Below are positions 25,932-42,235 of a stretch of DNA of 64,000 nt, piece after piece. The DNA is from the human T2T-CHM13v2.0 reference genome, Homo sapiens. The notes beneath the pieces were generated by a model, which searched no databases, had not been told where the DNA came from, and saw only the letters and a program-made list of their open reading frames with translations. A program made the position numbers and the translations under genes. The DNA is taken from assembly GCF_009914755.1 (NCBI RefSeq), contig NC_060926.1; one strand, given 5' to 3'. The stretch's first letter is position 1. Each line of letters opens with the position of its first letter.

Positions 25932-28900
25932 TGAATATCTGTCTCCTTTCTGAGCCAGACACTGGCACATCTTAGTCTTTGTCCCGTTATCTGGGCTTGC
26001 TCAGGAGGGCTGTCCTCTTTCTCGGGATCAGGCCTTGACCCATCCCACCTCCTCTCCAGTCCAAGGCCAGAGGCCCTCCTTCTTTTTGGGAGGGGTATCT
26101 TATCTCTGTTCCATCAGGGCAGGCAGCAGTGTTGGTCAACAGCTAAGGTCTCTTGCTGAGCAAGGATCCTGAGTCCCCTTCTTAGAGTGACCAGACAGGA
26201 GTTTCCAAAGAGGATGCAGAGACAGTTTAGAACTTCCACGCTTACTATAGTGAAACCATGACCCGTGAGGACCAGGTGAAATGGAGGCTGCAGGGTCCGG
26301 CTTCCTCTGCCTGGACTCTCCTCTGCTACAGCCCGTCCAATATCCATCCTTACAGCAAGTGCTCCTTCCTGATTTTCCCAGCGAGATGCAGTCATTGCAC
26401 AGGATTGGTTATCTACACACTCATCACTCCTTTGACATCTTGAGACCCACTGAAGGCAGGGACTGTGCCTCACTCATCCCAGTATCTCTCCTTCCACACA
26501 CTGCACACAGTAGGGGCCCTATTGTGCACTTACAGCGGCACTGAGCTTTGTGCCAATGGACCACACAGGGGTGATTTCATTTCATCCTTTCGATGGCCCT
26601 GTCTTGCATTGTGATAACATTTCAGTGTAGGAAAAATCTTCCATAGGAAGAAAACCCACATCATCTTTGTTCTGCTTGAGGCCAGCCTGGATTTTATAAA
26701 CTGTAGCTAATTTTATGAACTGTTCTTTGTCTGGGGATGTTGATAGAAAGAATTCTACTTGAGCACAGGATGCAAATGAGTAAGTGGCAAACTATTTTCC
26801 TATTATGTTCCTAAAATAGACTGGAAGCTGGCACAGAACGCTTCAGATGGGCCTGTCCCCTTGAGCGTCGTTTATGGCTGAGACTAAAATAAAGCAAAGC
26901 CCAGGCCTCTCCAGAAGGTGTTCAATTGTTGGGTGCTATCTCAATGTAGAGAAATCTCAAGTGATTTTCTCATGAAAAAGTCTTCAGAGCATTATTCAGC
27001 ACAACAAAAAAATTTGATGAAATGTTTGTACTATTTTAAAACTGGCAAGTCAAGGACATAGAGTGCTTTTAAAAGCCACTGCCAAAAATATGGTAAGCGT
27101 CTTCCTATAACATTGAAAGAGATCTGAAACATCTGTGCTACATTTCCGTTCTGGAGGACTGCGGTTGAGTGATTGATAAGGATGGTGTTTTGCTCAAAAA
27201 TACAGTGATTCCTCAAGGGGAAAAGCTGCTTAGCTACATCGGAATGGTGGAGGAACATCGTGATTCCATACTCAACATGCCCCACGGGATGTAGGGATGT
27301 GTGTGAACTGTCGAAGGCTGCAGGAGCCATCTTATAGCGAAAATCAGCTGTGTGACAGTTCATGGAAAAACAGCAGCAAAATCCACACACAGCCTGGCAT
27401 ACCCTGGTTCTGTCTTCTGGGTTACAGACACTCAGTCAGTGACCAGGAGTGCAGAACAGCCCCTAACCACCACGGGAAATGGGATTAACTGTGATTAACT
27501 GGCAGAGGGGCAGGGGAGACGCGAGCTTCATTATCCTTTTCACAAATGAGACAGTAAAGCCAGCCCGGGACTGTGGGTGAGTCTCCTCCTTATCGTCGAG
27601 TCCTGATGATACTCACCTGTGGTTCTTCTGTAGGAGAACCGAATGCCATGGGTATCTGAGGCCCTGTGAAAATGGAGAAGGGGCAAATAGATGGAACTAC
27701 TCCAACCCCCAAGCTCTTCTAGAAAACGGGAGTCAGCTGTGCAAAACACTAAATGTGCCTCCAGAGCACCTGTTTATCCAGCATCTATTGTCTGGGTCTC
27801 CACAGCCTGGAGGAAGTGATGAGTCAGGCAGCCCCCTACATTATGGACCTTTCAACATTTATTACAATCAAACTGTGAGTTCAATATGATACCTCAAAGG
27901 CAAACACCCTCTTCTGTTGCTTGCTTGTGATTTCACTGGTTTGGTTGTTTTCCCACCATGATTTTTTTAAATACTCTTTTTTTAATTGAAGTATGATTTA
28001 GACATAATAAGAGGCATAAATGTTAAGTGTGCATTTGCACATGCAACTTTTGGCAAACGTGCACATGCACACCATAGAGGGGTCCAGTTTTAAAACTAAA
28101 GTCCCATCCTTCGGGAAGCCCCTTACACCCAGATAAACTGCATGGCTGGTCACCCCACATAACCACAACCTCAATGAAGATACAGAATATTTCCATCACC
28201 CCCAAAATTTCCTTGTGCCCCTTTGTAGCCAACCCACCCACCCACCCTCCAAAGGTCACCCCTCTTCTAAACTCTATCATCATAGCATAGGTTTTTCCTG
28301 CTCTAGAATATCATAGAAATGGAATCATTCCATATATATGGTTTTGTGAGTGGCTTCTTTCACTCAACACGTTTTTGAGATTCATTCACATTGCTGCCTG
28401 CATTAGGGGTTCATGTTATTGCCACATGGTATGGCATCCGTGATTTAGGATAATTTGCTTATCCCCTCACCTGTTAATGGACATTGGATTGTTTTCAGTT
28501 TTTGGATATTGTGAATCAGATTTCCTTGTACATGTCTGTTTATGGGCATGTTTTCACTTCTCTTGGGTAAATACTTAGGAGTTGAATGACTGGATCATAT
28601 GGTAGGTTATGTTTCCAAGAAACTCCCAAACAGCATTCCAGGCTGGCTGTGCAATGTTCCACTCCCACCAGCAATGCATGAGTGTTCCAGCTGCCCCGCA
28701 TCCTCACCAACATTTGGTCTTGTCAGTCTTTTTAACTGTAGACACTCTAGTGGGTGTGAAGTTATATCTTACTGTGGTTCTATTTTGCATATCCCTGATG
28801 ATAAAGATGGTGAGCACCTTTCTTTATATCTCCTTGGCCATTTGTATATCTCCTTATATGCGGTGTCTGCTCAAGTCTCCAAGTCCTTTGCCCACTGTCT

Positions 28901-29070
28901 AAATGACTTGTTCATCTTTTTCTTGTTGACTTTCAGGAAGTCTTTATATATTCTGGAGACAAGTGCTTGATCACATCTACATATTGTGGAGATTTTCTCC
29001 TGGTTTGTGGCTTGTGTTTTCATTTTCATAATGGAGTTTTTTAAAAGGCAGAATTCTAAAATTGTGATGA

Positions 29071-29408
<338 letters not shown>

Positions 29409-29746
29409 TTATGACTGTGCTTTTTGTTAATTGTCCAAGAAATCTTTGCCTACCTCAAGGTTCCAAAGATATTCTCCTACATATTCTTCCAGAAACTTAA
29501 TAATTTTTGCTTTTAAGTTTAGGTCTAAACTTAACTCTATACACAATAAGTATCCTGATTTACTTGTTGTGTGCAGTGTGGAGTAAGCATCAAAGTTCAT
29601 TTTTGTCATATAATGGTCCTGGCTTTATTTACTAAAAAAGACTTTTCTTTCTCCACAGAATTATTTTGGTGCCTTGTCAAAATTCAGTTAACCACTGTGG
29701 GATCCTGAATCCCTGGAACCTGTTCTTTTAAAAAATATCGTTTCTT

Positions 29747-30062
<316 letters not shown>

Positions 30063-30082
30063 TCAACTATTCAGAATTGTGA

Positions 30083-30673
<591 letters not shown>

Positions 30674-30840
30674 TAGGTCATCTGTGAGTATTTCTCAGTT
30701 GACTATTTTTCCTCCTGCCCCAAGTCTCATTTTCCTGATTCTTCTTGTCTAGGAAGTCTCTGCTGTGCTGGACATGGTGGGCAACACTTTACAGAGGATC
30801 TGGACTCTGGACTCTGTTCTTTTCTTCTGAAGCGTGTTGA

Positions 30841-31295
<455 letters not shown>

Positions 31296-32524
31296 TAAGG
31301 CACAGTCTTCTGAGATTTCAATGGAAAGATTGTCTAACTTGGTGGGACTTGAATTCCTGACTTTATCTCCCCAGCACTGGGCTGAAATCTTGAAATCTCT
31401 GCTCAGCTTTTTCAGGCTTCCAGCTGTTGGCTCCTTCTGCATTTCCTGGCATCTCACCGCACACATGCGTAGTTCGGGACTTAGCCATGGATTCTGGATA
31501 AGTTAGTACACAAATCTTGAGGCCCAACCTTCTATGGTCCCTCTTCTCTGGGATCTTCCCACAATTTCCAGCTGCACTTATAGCCCCAGACCCAGACATC
31601 TAACTCCTCGGTCCAGTCATTCTCAAGGCCTCCCAATGTGCCTTGCAGGCTGGGGTATGTCCTCTGGGAAAGCAGACGTCTTCTTATTTACTTCTCTTCC
31701 TTCAAAGGTTGTGTCCACTCCAGTCCCAGTGTGCATTTGTTTACTCTCCACGGCCTCCAGAGGGCTGTTTTCCAGACTTTGTTTGAGGTTCATGATTGTT
31801 AGAAGGAGGGTTAGTTTCCTATAATGTTTATCCCCATTGCTGAAAGTCCTGTAGCTGAAAGTCCTGTCACTTTTTTTCTTAACCAATTGAATTAATAGTT
31901 AATAAATCCCACGTTAGGTGAAAATTGATTACATTGCTAGTCAATAAGTACCTACATTTGCATCATTACTCTTCCCCAAGTAAAAAGAAAATTGGTTTTC
32001 ACATCCTGTTTGATATAGTACCTTAAGAAAGGACTCTTCATTCAGTCAAGCCACATTTTCTAAGCATCCAGAATAAGGCTCTCTGAGGGACAAAAAGGCA
32101 ATCTTGGTCCCAGCTCTCAGGAAGCTACCCTAAGAGAGCTACTTGAAGGTGCTCTAGGGGTTTGGCTACAGAACTGGCACTGTGTGCCAAGGACCCACCA
32201 CCCTCAGCGAGCTTCCCAGAGGCACACATGGCATGTGATCATCCCAAGCCTGACATCTTCCTACCAGGCACTTTCCTGCTGCGAAATTCCTGGCACCCAG
32301 TAGCACTTAGTGAAGGTGAAATTTTATGACAATAACATTTAAAGCAAATAATCTCACAAACTTCAGCACTGTGACTATCACTCATCACAAGTGAACTGAT
32401 GCATTTCGCACCTGCTTTTACCCTCCAGAACTGCTGCAGCAGCCGCCCTAGAGCCATTCTGCAGTTCTGATGCACAGCATGATGGAAGCATATTGCAGAA
32501 GATTATTCTGGCTTTTGTAGATAG

Positions 32525-32922
<398 letters not shown>

Positions 32923-34936
32923 TGATAATGGAAATGATCCGCAAGTATTTTTAAACTCCCACAAGTATTTGCATATTTATGTACAAATTATGTTCCTAGT
33001 TTATCATCATTAGTTAATAAATAAAGGCACAATATCCACTTAGAATGAAGTTAATCATTAATGATAGGAAATGTAAATTAATGTTTAAATAGTTTTGATG
33101 GTTACTAAACGTTCTTATCCTGTCTAATAACCTTATACTGAGGCCAGTGAAGACCTCCTGCCTGAACTAAGAAACAAGTCTCTCATTTTCTTGTTTATTT
33201 GTGGCTTTTGGGAATCTTTTAAATCTTTTGAAGCCATTTATCTACTCTTTGAGTTTTAGTTAAAACTAGGTTAGGCAATCCATAAATCCTTTTAACCTGG
33301 TCCACCGAAATATATCAAAATATGCAGAAAATGATGTAATGAGAGAGCACGCCACTGCCAGCCCCTGAAATGCTTTGAGTGAGTGACCGCTTGAAATAAG
33401 CTTATAGACCAAAAATTAGTAACATTGGATTTCTAATTTTTAGTTGAAGATATATATAACAGAAATTCTATATTTGCTTCCCCTACCCCATAGATTGTCT
33501 CAGACACCCTACCCTGGAGACACCAAGTCCAGAAGGTGACTTATGCTAGTAATCCACAGATGAGGGATAAGGGGGACCAGCTGCAGAGCTTGGTGGTATC
33601 AGCAAACATGCCAAAGGAGGATCAAAATGATCAGATAGAGATGAAGGAAAAGACCAGCTGGGTATTTGATCAGATTTAGTAGAGAAAGGAGAAAGGATTT
33701 CAAAATGGTTCCAAGGTTTTTACTCCAAAAAACATGAAAAAGTTACTGGAAGTGATGGTGTCCTGGGAAGGAAGAGGCATTTATTGGGGCAGGCATCATC
33801 CACTGATTTATTTTGGAAGTGCTGTGATTGAGCTACTGAAAGATGCACCTGAAAACGTCCAGCAGGACAAAGGAGACACCATTCACCTCCTGAGCAACAC
33901 ATAGACCCTGACCTCAGCCAGCCCCACTTCTGGGCAGAGTGCTGGCTCCAAGTTCCATGCGTGAGAGATGGCTCTCCTCTACGGGTCCTTCAGCATTCCT
34001 GGGGGGGGGCTGCAGTTCTCCTGCCCTGCTCCAGCTGTAATCCAAAGCAGGGCTTTCCATCCTCTGGGAACTGGAAGAGCAAGGCTGGAGTGCTGGTGAA
34101 AGAGGTTTGAGGTAGGCCCACGCGGATGATGCTCTCAATGGACCCAGAGTGAGTCACGTTATGGCCCACATGATGGCTCAGATGGCTCTCTGCCTGAGAA
34201 GCTCTGAGTCCTCATGCAGACTGGACGCCCCTCCGTAGCTGCTCATCAACTTCCTTTCCCAGCCAGCCCCCAGGGCTTGCCCACTGAGCTCCTGAACCAA
34301 GGCAAACTTGCGCTGGGGACGGCGCCGCTGTGTGGTTTCCCTTGCCAAGGCTTCCCTGGCTGCCTCCACTTTCTCGTGGAGGCTTCCTGAAGGTGGCATC
34401 TGTATTTTTGTGAAGGGACTTGGTACCAGGCTTGGAGATGAACATGTTAATTCTCTGGCCCTGGACATCAGATCTGTGATATAGTTTCTCAATTTCCTGC
34501 TCTGAAGTAAGCCCTGGTGGGTAGTGTCACCATCTGGAATAGGAAAAGGGCTAGATGGGAGGGGTCAGTAGTGCTGGTGGCAGAGGCCAGTCTTCTCAGT
34601 GGAAACAGGCTCATGCACTTCCACGCAGGGAGGGCCGACGGTCAAGGGTGGAGGAAAAGCCACAATTTTTCGGTGAACCCATGGATCAGCATGATGGAGT
34701 CTTGCAGGTCTTTATCTTCCTCCAGGAGGCACCCCAAGCACGGAGAAGACCCACCAAGCTGCCTGATACCTCTGTCTAGCTCCCCTCTGCCCAGACAGGA
34801 ACTGCTGTTCACCATTCATTCCAGACCTGGGCCTTTGAGGACAGGAGCTGTAAGGATGATTGATCGATTGCCTGTGTGTGAAGCCCTGGAAGGGCTCTTG
34901 CCTAGAATACTGTCCCTACCCTGACAAGGTAGAGGC

Positions 34937-35269
34937 CATGGTCTGGATGGCGGTGGCCCCCCCATTCATATGTCAAAACCTAACCCTCAATGCAAGGTGG
35001 GGCCTGCAGGTGACCAGGTCCTGAAGCAGAGACCTCATGAACGCGATGAGTGCCCTTACACAAAAGCCTGGAGGGAGCCCGTCTTCCACCATGAGATGAC
35101 ACACAGAAGGCACCATCTGTGAGGAATGGGCCTCAACCAGACACTGATTCTGCTGGAGGCTTGATGCTGGACTTCCCAGCCTCCACAGCTGTGAACAATA
35201 CATTTCCGTGGTTTTATAAATGACCCTGTCTAAGGCGTTCTGTTACAGCAGCACAAAGGAACTAAGACA
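34937..35269 (+). mobile_element. MaLR solo LTR (MLT1A/MST-like)
   Basis: attcatatgtcaaaacctaacc ... ggacttcccagcctccacagctgtga ... aaggaactaagaca. Confidence 0.85.
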
Positions 35270-37543
35270 GTGGGCACCCGTATTTCCATTTAGAGGCGGA
35301 AACTGACTCTGAAGTGAGAACCGGTCCACTCTGAGAGCACATCGCCAGGGGAAGAGGACTGTAGCCAGGAAGTTGTTATGTCATGGGGTCATGGGAGGAC
35401 CCAGCAATGTTGTTTCTGATGATTTCTGAAAGGCGGCTCTTTTCTGGAAGTGGACAGATGATGGGGGAGGGGCAGGAAGCTGAATTCACCACAGTGTCCG
35501 AGAACACTGTCTACCAGCGGGAGCTGTTCAGACACACCTCTGGCCAGTCCCCACGGCAGTGAATCTCCTGTCTCTGGACAACAATCCAACAGGGAAAGTG
35601 GGGAGGAGGGTTGGGAACTGAACTCTGTTCCACAAGTTCAACCACTGCACTCCACTAAGCAACTGGCACAGCCAGTCCCTGGTGAAGGCTTAAAGATGAG
35701 GAAGATGGGGTCAGCGCCTGCCCTCCTGGCCTCAACACATCAGGATGGAGGATTTAGGTGTTAGCAAAAAGTGGCTCAAAGTTCCAATGAAGGACAGGGA
35801 GCAAAGGGAGACTTCTTTTAGAAAGGAGACGTTGGAACTTGGATATGGCTTTAGTTAAGGAGCTCCAGGCATCTCAAGTCAGCCCTGAGAGGCAGCAGCC
35901 GTGTCTGCCTCTCGGACAGCTATGCCCCAGCCTCCAGCTCAGCAGCTGGCAGGCAGCAGGTGTGGGTGCAGGAATGAGTGAACTCATGGGGACCAGCCTC
36001 GGCAAAGACGCACAGTCCCCACAGTGCCCCAGGGGCTGGGAAACAGTGAGCAGCCACCAGCAAGACCAAGGCAGTGCAAGTGGCCACGGCTCAAGGTTTC
36101 CCCCAAGGAGGACTATGTCACTTAAGGAGTATGGCCTCTGAAGTAATGTAAATATGGCCTGGAAGATTCAGTCAACACCTATTTCCTTAGTGCCTACAAT
36201 GTGCAGGTGCAGTTTCTGCTCCCGGAGTTCAGTCATGAACAATGCCACAGTCAGCCCTGCCAACCCACCTGCGTCAGCTCAGGCACCCAGAGCAATGTCA
36301 CCTGGATCTGCCCTCCCTCCCATGTCACTGGACTCGCTGTCTTTTCCCTGCAATGAAACCTCCAACAGCTTTCCCTGCCACTGTGGGTGGAAGGGCCCTC
36401 TTCCTCTTCCCACCTTCATACAGCTTCCAGGCCACCTCCTTAAGAATCCAAAGCAATCTGGTCACACCACTTGGTGGGAAATACACCGAAATGTTAACTG
36501 TCCTTATCACTGGGGGAAAAAAATCACAGGTGACTTCAGTACAGCCTCCTCTCCTCTACCATCACTACCCTCCCTCCCATCCTTCCCCAGGTCCAGCCAC
36601 ACTGAAGTTCTCCCCATACCCCAAACACACCAGTAACTTTCCCACCCGGTGCTCCTGCCGTGCCCTAGGCAGGGGCTTTTAACCCCTACCTAATCCTCCG
36701 ATTTGCTTTACTTTTAAATCCACCTCTGGAGCATAGACTGTGAGCTTCAGAGAGCACAGGTAAGTTCATTACTTTTTCAACAACTAGGAGAGAGCTGCGA
36801 CGCACCTGCCCCGATCCTAGAGGCTGGGGACCCACCAGAGAAGTGACAAGTCCTTGATCTCAGGGGGCAGACAGCGGGGAGAAGGATGGATGCTAGCACG
36901 GAGAACACGCGTGTAAAGACAGAAACGCACACATCCACACCATGCCGCTGTGAAGCCGGCGCCCAGGAGGCTGGCCAAGGTCACAGGAGCGGCGGTGGCG
37001 GGCGGATCCGAGCACCTCTCGGCCTGACCCCAGAGCCTAGCTCTCACCCCGGCGAGGGACTTCCACCCCGACTCACCGCGGAATGGGGAGCGCCAGGCTG
37101 AACCAAATCCTGTGCTCACCCCTCCGTGCAAACCCCTCAAGGCAACTCAGGCCTCTGAAAGCCTTCCTACCCCCCCGCTCTCCGCTCAGGTCCCCACTCA
37201 ACCGGTGCCCACCGCCCTGGCGCGCGTCGCTCCGCGATTACCGGCCCGCCAAACAGTCCCCGCAAAGTCCACCCTCCGGGGCTCCCGGTCCCTCAGGTCC
37301 CGCGTGCCCGGCCCTGGGCATCCGCAGCGTCCCCGTGGTATCGGACCCCCATCGTCCCTGACACCTGGCGTCTCCGCCCCCCGCCCCCGTCCCCCGCCCC
37401 GCCGTCCCTGGCCCCTGCAGTCCCTGGCCCGCGCTGCGGACCTCCGGCTCTGGCTTCCCCCGGGTCCCCGCGGCCCCCGTCCCCCCGCGTCCCCGCGTCC
37501 CCGGCCCAGCGCCCGCTGACGCCATGACGCCGCGGCGGAGGGA

Positions 37544-37571
37544 GGGGCCGGGGCCGGGGCCGGGCCGGGGC
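37544..37571 (+). repeat. (GGGGCC)3-GGGCC-GGGGC tract
   Basis: Read directly; five G-runs of 3 or more. Confidence 0.9.
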
Positions 37572-37624
37572 GGCGCGAGCGGCTGGAGCAACGGGCCCCG
37601 CGGCAGCTGCGGGCGACGCGGTCG

Positions 37625-37720
37625 ATGGACATGGGCACCCAGGGATCGGGGCGCAAGCGGCTCCCCAACCGGGAGCGGCTCACGGCGGAGGACGACGCGC
37701 TCAACCAGATCGCGCGGGAG
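37625..37720 (+). CDS. LRRFIP1: LRRFIP1 (leucine-rich repeat flightless-interacting protein 1), first coding exon, 32 codons
   Basis: Translates MDMGTQGSGRKRLPNRERLTAEDDALNQIARE, a recognisable LRRFIP-family N-terminus; phase-0 donor GAG|GTGAGC at 37720/37721; no further exon seen in the window. Confidence 0.95.
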
Positions 37721-39403
37721 GTGAGCGCTCCGGGAGGGCAGCCGGGGGGCGCCGGGCGGGCGCGGGGGCCGGACGGCTGTCAGGGTCTCTCCGGCGTCCG
37801 TCTGTCCCGCTGTGCGTCTGTGCCACTGCGCGTCCGGCTCCAGGCGGGTGGGCCGGGCAGGCGCGCGCCGGGGCGCTGATCCCCAGGCGCTGCGCCCCGG
37901 CCCCGATCTCCGAGGCCTGCGGACCCCGCACCCGTTCTCCAGCCCCGGGCCCAGCCCGCGACGCTGCGCGCCCTCCCCCACCCCGGCCACCGTCGGCCGC
38001 TGCGCCCTCGGGAGAGGAGCCGGGCGCCGCCAGCGCGCGAGGTGGCCCGGGCTGGCCGGGTGGGGGCGAGCGCCCCGCTTTGTTGTGCGGCATGGGAGGA
38101 GGCGGGGGCTTAGGCCCGACCTGGAGGCAGTGGACGGTCGCCGGAGGCCACATGGCCCTGCTGAAATGGCCGAGTCGCTCAGGTGACCATTTGTCATCCA
38201 TCCATCGATGTCACTCAAGGTGCAGCTCAGAGATGAACTTGGGGATCACTGTGATTTTTCTTTCAGGACTGAGCCTGGAAACGGGTCCAGGCACACTGAA
38301 ACGTCTTCATTAAAGTTTCCTGGACAGAGTTTATTGTAACTAAGATCATGTTTGGTGATGAACTTTACCTGTGACAAATTGAAGGCGCACTAGAATGGGT
38401 ATTTGTACAAATGCCTTTTTTTTTTTCCTTCCGCAAGGATTCTACCTTAAGGCTAAAGAATGTACATGACATCCAGAAAGCCGTACAGGGACAGAGAGCA
38501 GCAGCTTGGGAAAAGGGGAGCCAATAGGTTGCGGCCCCAGGGGGACAAAGGAAGCTTAATTTTTGACTGTGTTCCCTTTGTACCATTTGAACTGTGTGCC
38601 AGGTGGGTGTATGAATGCAAAGAAAGTCTCTGCCTTGTAACCCGCCTTACAGGTTCTTTTCCGTGTTGGCTTTTCCACATGTGATTCTTCCCACAGGAAA
38701 CACCTCCAAGCCATTTGGACTGTGGTGTCTGGCTGTATCCGTCAGATATTCTGGGGGATCTACTCTGTAACCAATCCTTAGGTGTTTGTAGTTGTAAATA
38801 CCTGATTTTGCTCTTACGGACATGTGGCAGTCACTCAGTATTTGTTGACTACTGAGTGAATAAAGACTTCTGTTTTTCTCTGTATGATACAGAAAAGGGC
38901 TTTCCAGGCAAACCCTTATTCATTCCTGGAAGCCCACTGTGACCTCCAGGAGACCTTCCAGACTCAGCCCTCTCACATCGCACCAGGCCTAAGTCTCCCT
39001 GGCTCCACGGCCCTCCATGGCATGCCCGCGCCTGGCATGGCAGTCAGGATACCTTATCATTATTTGTCCACCTGTAGAAGGTGACACCCAGACAGGAAAT
39101 ATCTTACTTTTGTATCCCAAGAGCTCAGCACAGAGCCAGGCACATACTAGGTGTTTGTCTATGTCTGTTACATTAATTAATAAACAAAAGAAGTACAAGG
39201 CATTTAAAGGACCTTTGGCTAAATATAGACATTTGCTAAATATAGTAGCTTGAGTATAACTCCCTCCTGTGAAGACAGTCACTTATGTATGCATTTGACC
39301 ACAGTGCCTTACAAGTGTTCCCTGCAAGGGCCAGAGGTGGCCAGTGAATCGCAAGCCTTGTCTTGATGTCAGTGGTTATGGGGCAGAAGAATGAGAAGAA
39401 TGA

Positions 39404-39767
<364 letters not shown>

Positions 39768-40599
39768 TAAAATAGATTGAAAAGGAAGGCAAGGGAACAC
39801 TCCTTGGGTTGAGAGCCCTGAGGTCCTCCCTCCCACCGAGGGAGATGCAGTTGGAGTTACAGAGATAGACTTGTGAGTCAGAGCTGGGCTTTCAAATGAC
39901 ATAGTTCTTAGCCAGCTGTGCCATCCTAGGAAGGTGAGTTACTCACTCTTCTCTGGGCCTCTGTTTTCTCGTCTCTAAAATGGAGAAGAAGAAACCTCCC
40001 CTGGCTGTCAGAATTAAAGAAAGTGGGTAGCAATGTAAAGTATGTAACTAGGCGGTGGGTAAATATGAGAGCTTCTTACACGCCCCTCCCGGTAAAACCC
40101 AGCCGTAGGTGCAGCTGTTACTAGTGCTGAGTAGCACAGATTGATAGGGTTGGAGGGAGCAGGTGTGACATCTTATGTTTTAGTACAAATTAACTTCTAT
40201 TTCTCAACTGTGAAAATGAAAATCACTATTCAAATGGCAAATATCTACTCCTTGAATTCATCAGGGTTCTTATAGAAATCAACAAAATCGTCTTGGGTTC
40301 AGTACTTTCTTATTCACTCATTGACTCAACAGATACAAGCCATGGTATCCAAATTCCTGTCCTGGGGAGACTGGAGAGTCAGGGAGGAACCCGGCGAGGA
40401 CCTGCCTGCCCTCCAGGAGTTGGGTCAGAAAGGGGTTGACACCTGTAGATCAATAATGCTAACCGAAGACAGGAAGGGATCTGATATAAAAAGGGCGTAG
40501 ACAGTGTTCTGAAGGTTTGGACATGAGAGAGAATCACAGCCGGCCAGTGGTCTCAGAAGTGGCTTCCTGGAGGAAGTGGCATTTTGAGTTCTTGAAGGC

Positions 40600-41010
40600 T
40601 GTATGTACCAGTCAAGATGCTTTGGCTGCTGGGACAGAAACCCTGACTGGACTGACATTGACAAGGGGAAGTATATTGGCTGGAGCACAGCAAGCCCGGA
40701 GGCAGGGCAGGATTCCCCGCCAGCCTCACCAGTGGCTCCGGCCTCTTTTTCCCACAGCACCTGCGCAGCTGGTTGGGCTGGGCCATCCTCTGTGGGTGGC
40801 CTCATCCTCAGGCTGACTTGCTTCATGGAGGCCAGCTGGCCTTGGCTTTCCCGGGCTGCCACTGTGGAGCCCACACACCGTCTCTTCTGGTGGCTCTCTC
40901 CAGAGAGCTAGCAGTATCTCCCTGGTAAACTTTCATGAGTCTGTCTGGCCACTCCTGCACCAAGCTCTTTGACAAGGACCATGGACTTAGGGGCTCAGTG
41001 CCTGTGGCAA
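40600..41010. mobile_element. Old MaLR LTR remnant (MLT1J/K-like)
   Basis: tgtaccagtcaagatgctttggctgctgggacagaaaccc start; highly diverged. Confidence 0.5.
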
Positions 41011-42080
41011 AGGGGGGTGGGTCTACCCTGTGACCTGTCAGACTCATCCTGGGACTGGGGAGAGCCGGCCTCCCTGAAACACTTGGGAAGGTGGGGGCCT
41101 GAATGGAAACTGGGGAGGCTTCAAGGAAGTGGGAGGGAGTGGGCTGCCACTTGGGCCTGGCACCCAAGAACATGCCTTCTGGAGAGTAAGTGGAAAATTC
41201 TGGGCTGAGGTCATTGGGAAGCCTGAGTCACCTGGCAGGGACGTGGGTTCCAGTTCGCTGGAGCGAGGGGAAGAGCTAGGCTGCCCTGTGCAGGCAGGGC
41301 TTTGCACTCTTCTGGGTAGAAGCAGGACTCGTGGTGGGGGCAGCCTTTGGAGGGTGCATTTCTGCTTCTGCAGCCGGTGTCCTGCTTCCATGTGATGGTT
41401 TAAACTCTAGGCAAGCGTGTATAGTAAAGGGAGTTATTTGCAAATGCTGTATTATCGCAAGTCAATTATTTCTCACTCTCTTGTTGCAGTGGAATTCAGG
41501 CGGGATGTTATCAGGAGAAAGGTTTAGTACGCACTTGCAGAAGCTCATTAGCACCAAAGGCATGAGCTGCGCCTCCCACTTCTGGGGAGGGGTGTTTCCA
41601 ACGCAGATAGATTTTCCTCTCCTACCGCATTTCACATTCTACTGGTGCATTTTGGTAGCATCCCAAACTTCTCATTCAGCACTCTGCAGCTGAGTAAAGC
41701 GATACTGGTCTCACCATGCAATTCAAAGTATTGCTCTCAAATGAAGAATGTTTTTCCCAACAGGAACAGTCATTTGCGCAGGCTGCATTAGGAACTCACC
41801 GTGGGGCCTTGAGACAGTGCGGTGAGCTTATTATCCCCTGGTGGTGCCATAGGTACCCCTTCCTCACCCAGCAGGACGGAGGCCCTCCCCCCATAACTGT
41901 TTCTGCAGCCTCCTCTCCAAGCTGGCCCCTCTGTGGCCTGCGGCCTCGGGCCCTGATCCATGGCAGGGGCACTGCTGCCCCACCCGGCTGCTTCACCGGC
42001 CCCAAGTTGACTCGTGGGCCTGCGGGTGCTGTTGGTTCAGGCCTCACAGCCACCGCCTTTCACTTGAGCCACGGCCACAC

Positions 42081-42235
42081 AGGAGTCCAGTTGCGGAGAA
42101 GGGGTCGCACTGCCCCCAAGGAGTCCAGTTGTGGAGAAGGGGTCACACTGCCCCCAAGGAGTCCAGTTGTGGAGAAGGGGTCACACAGCCCCCAAGGACT
42201 CCAGTTGTGGAGAAGGGGTTGCATTGCCCCCAAGG
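42081..42235. repeat. 38-bp minisatellite, 4 copies
   Basis: aggagtccagttgtggagaaggggtcacactgccccca at 42081, 42119, 42157 and 42195. Confidence 0.93.

Larger units (their letters stand above)
36880..38200. promoter_or_regulatory. LRRFIP1: CpG island / LRRFIP1 distal promoter
   Basis: Very high GC and CpG density, multiple GC boxes (ccgcccc), tandem TGACGC half-CRE motifs ~37517-37530, no TATA box. Confidence 0.93.

Noticed and set aside
36757-36765. Perfect donor CAG|GTAAGT upstream of the CpG island
   Set aside because: Lies in an L2-like remnant with no convincing paired acceptor or promoter; expected by chance at this scale
37721-37879. Continuation of the LRRFIP1 ORF to 84 aa
   Set aside because: Read-through past the GAG|GTGAGC donor into the intron; LRRFIP similarity ends at QIARE
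37198-38218. Long minus-strand ORFs (326 aa and 168 aa) across the CpG island
   Set aside because: Stop codons are rare in very GC-rich DNA; Arg/Gly/Pro low-complexity products with no recognisable domain
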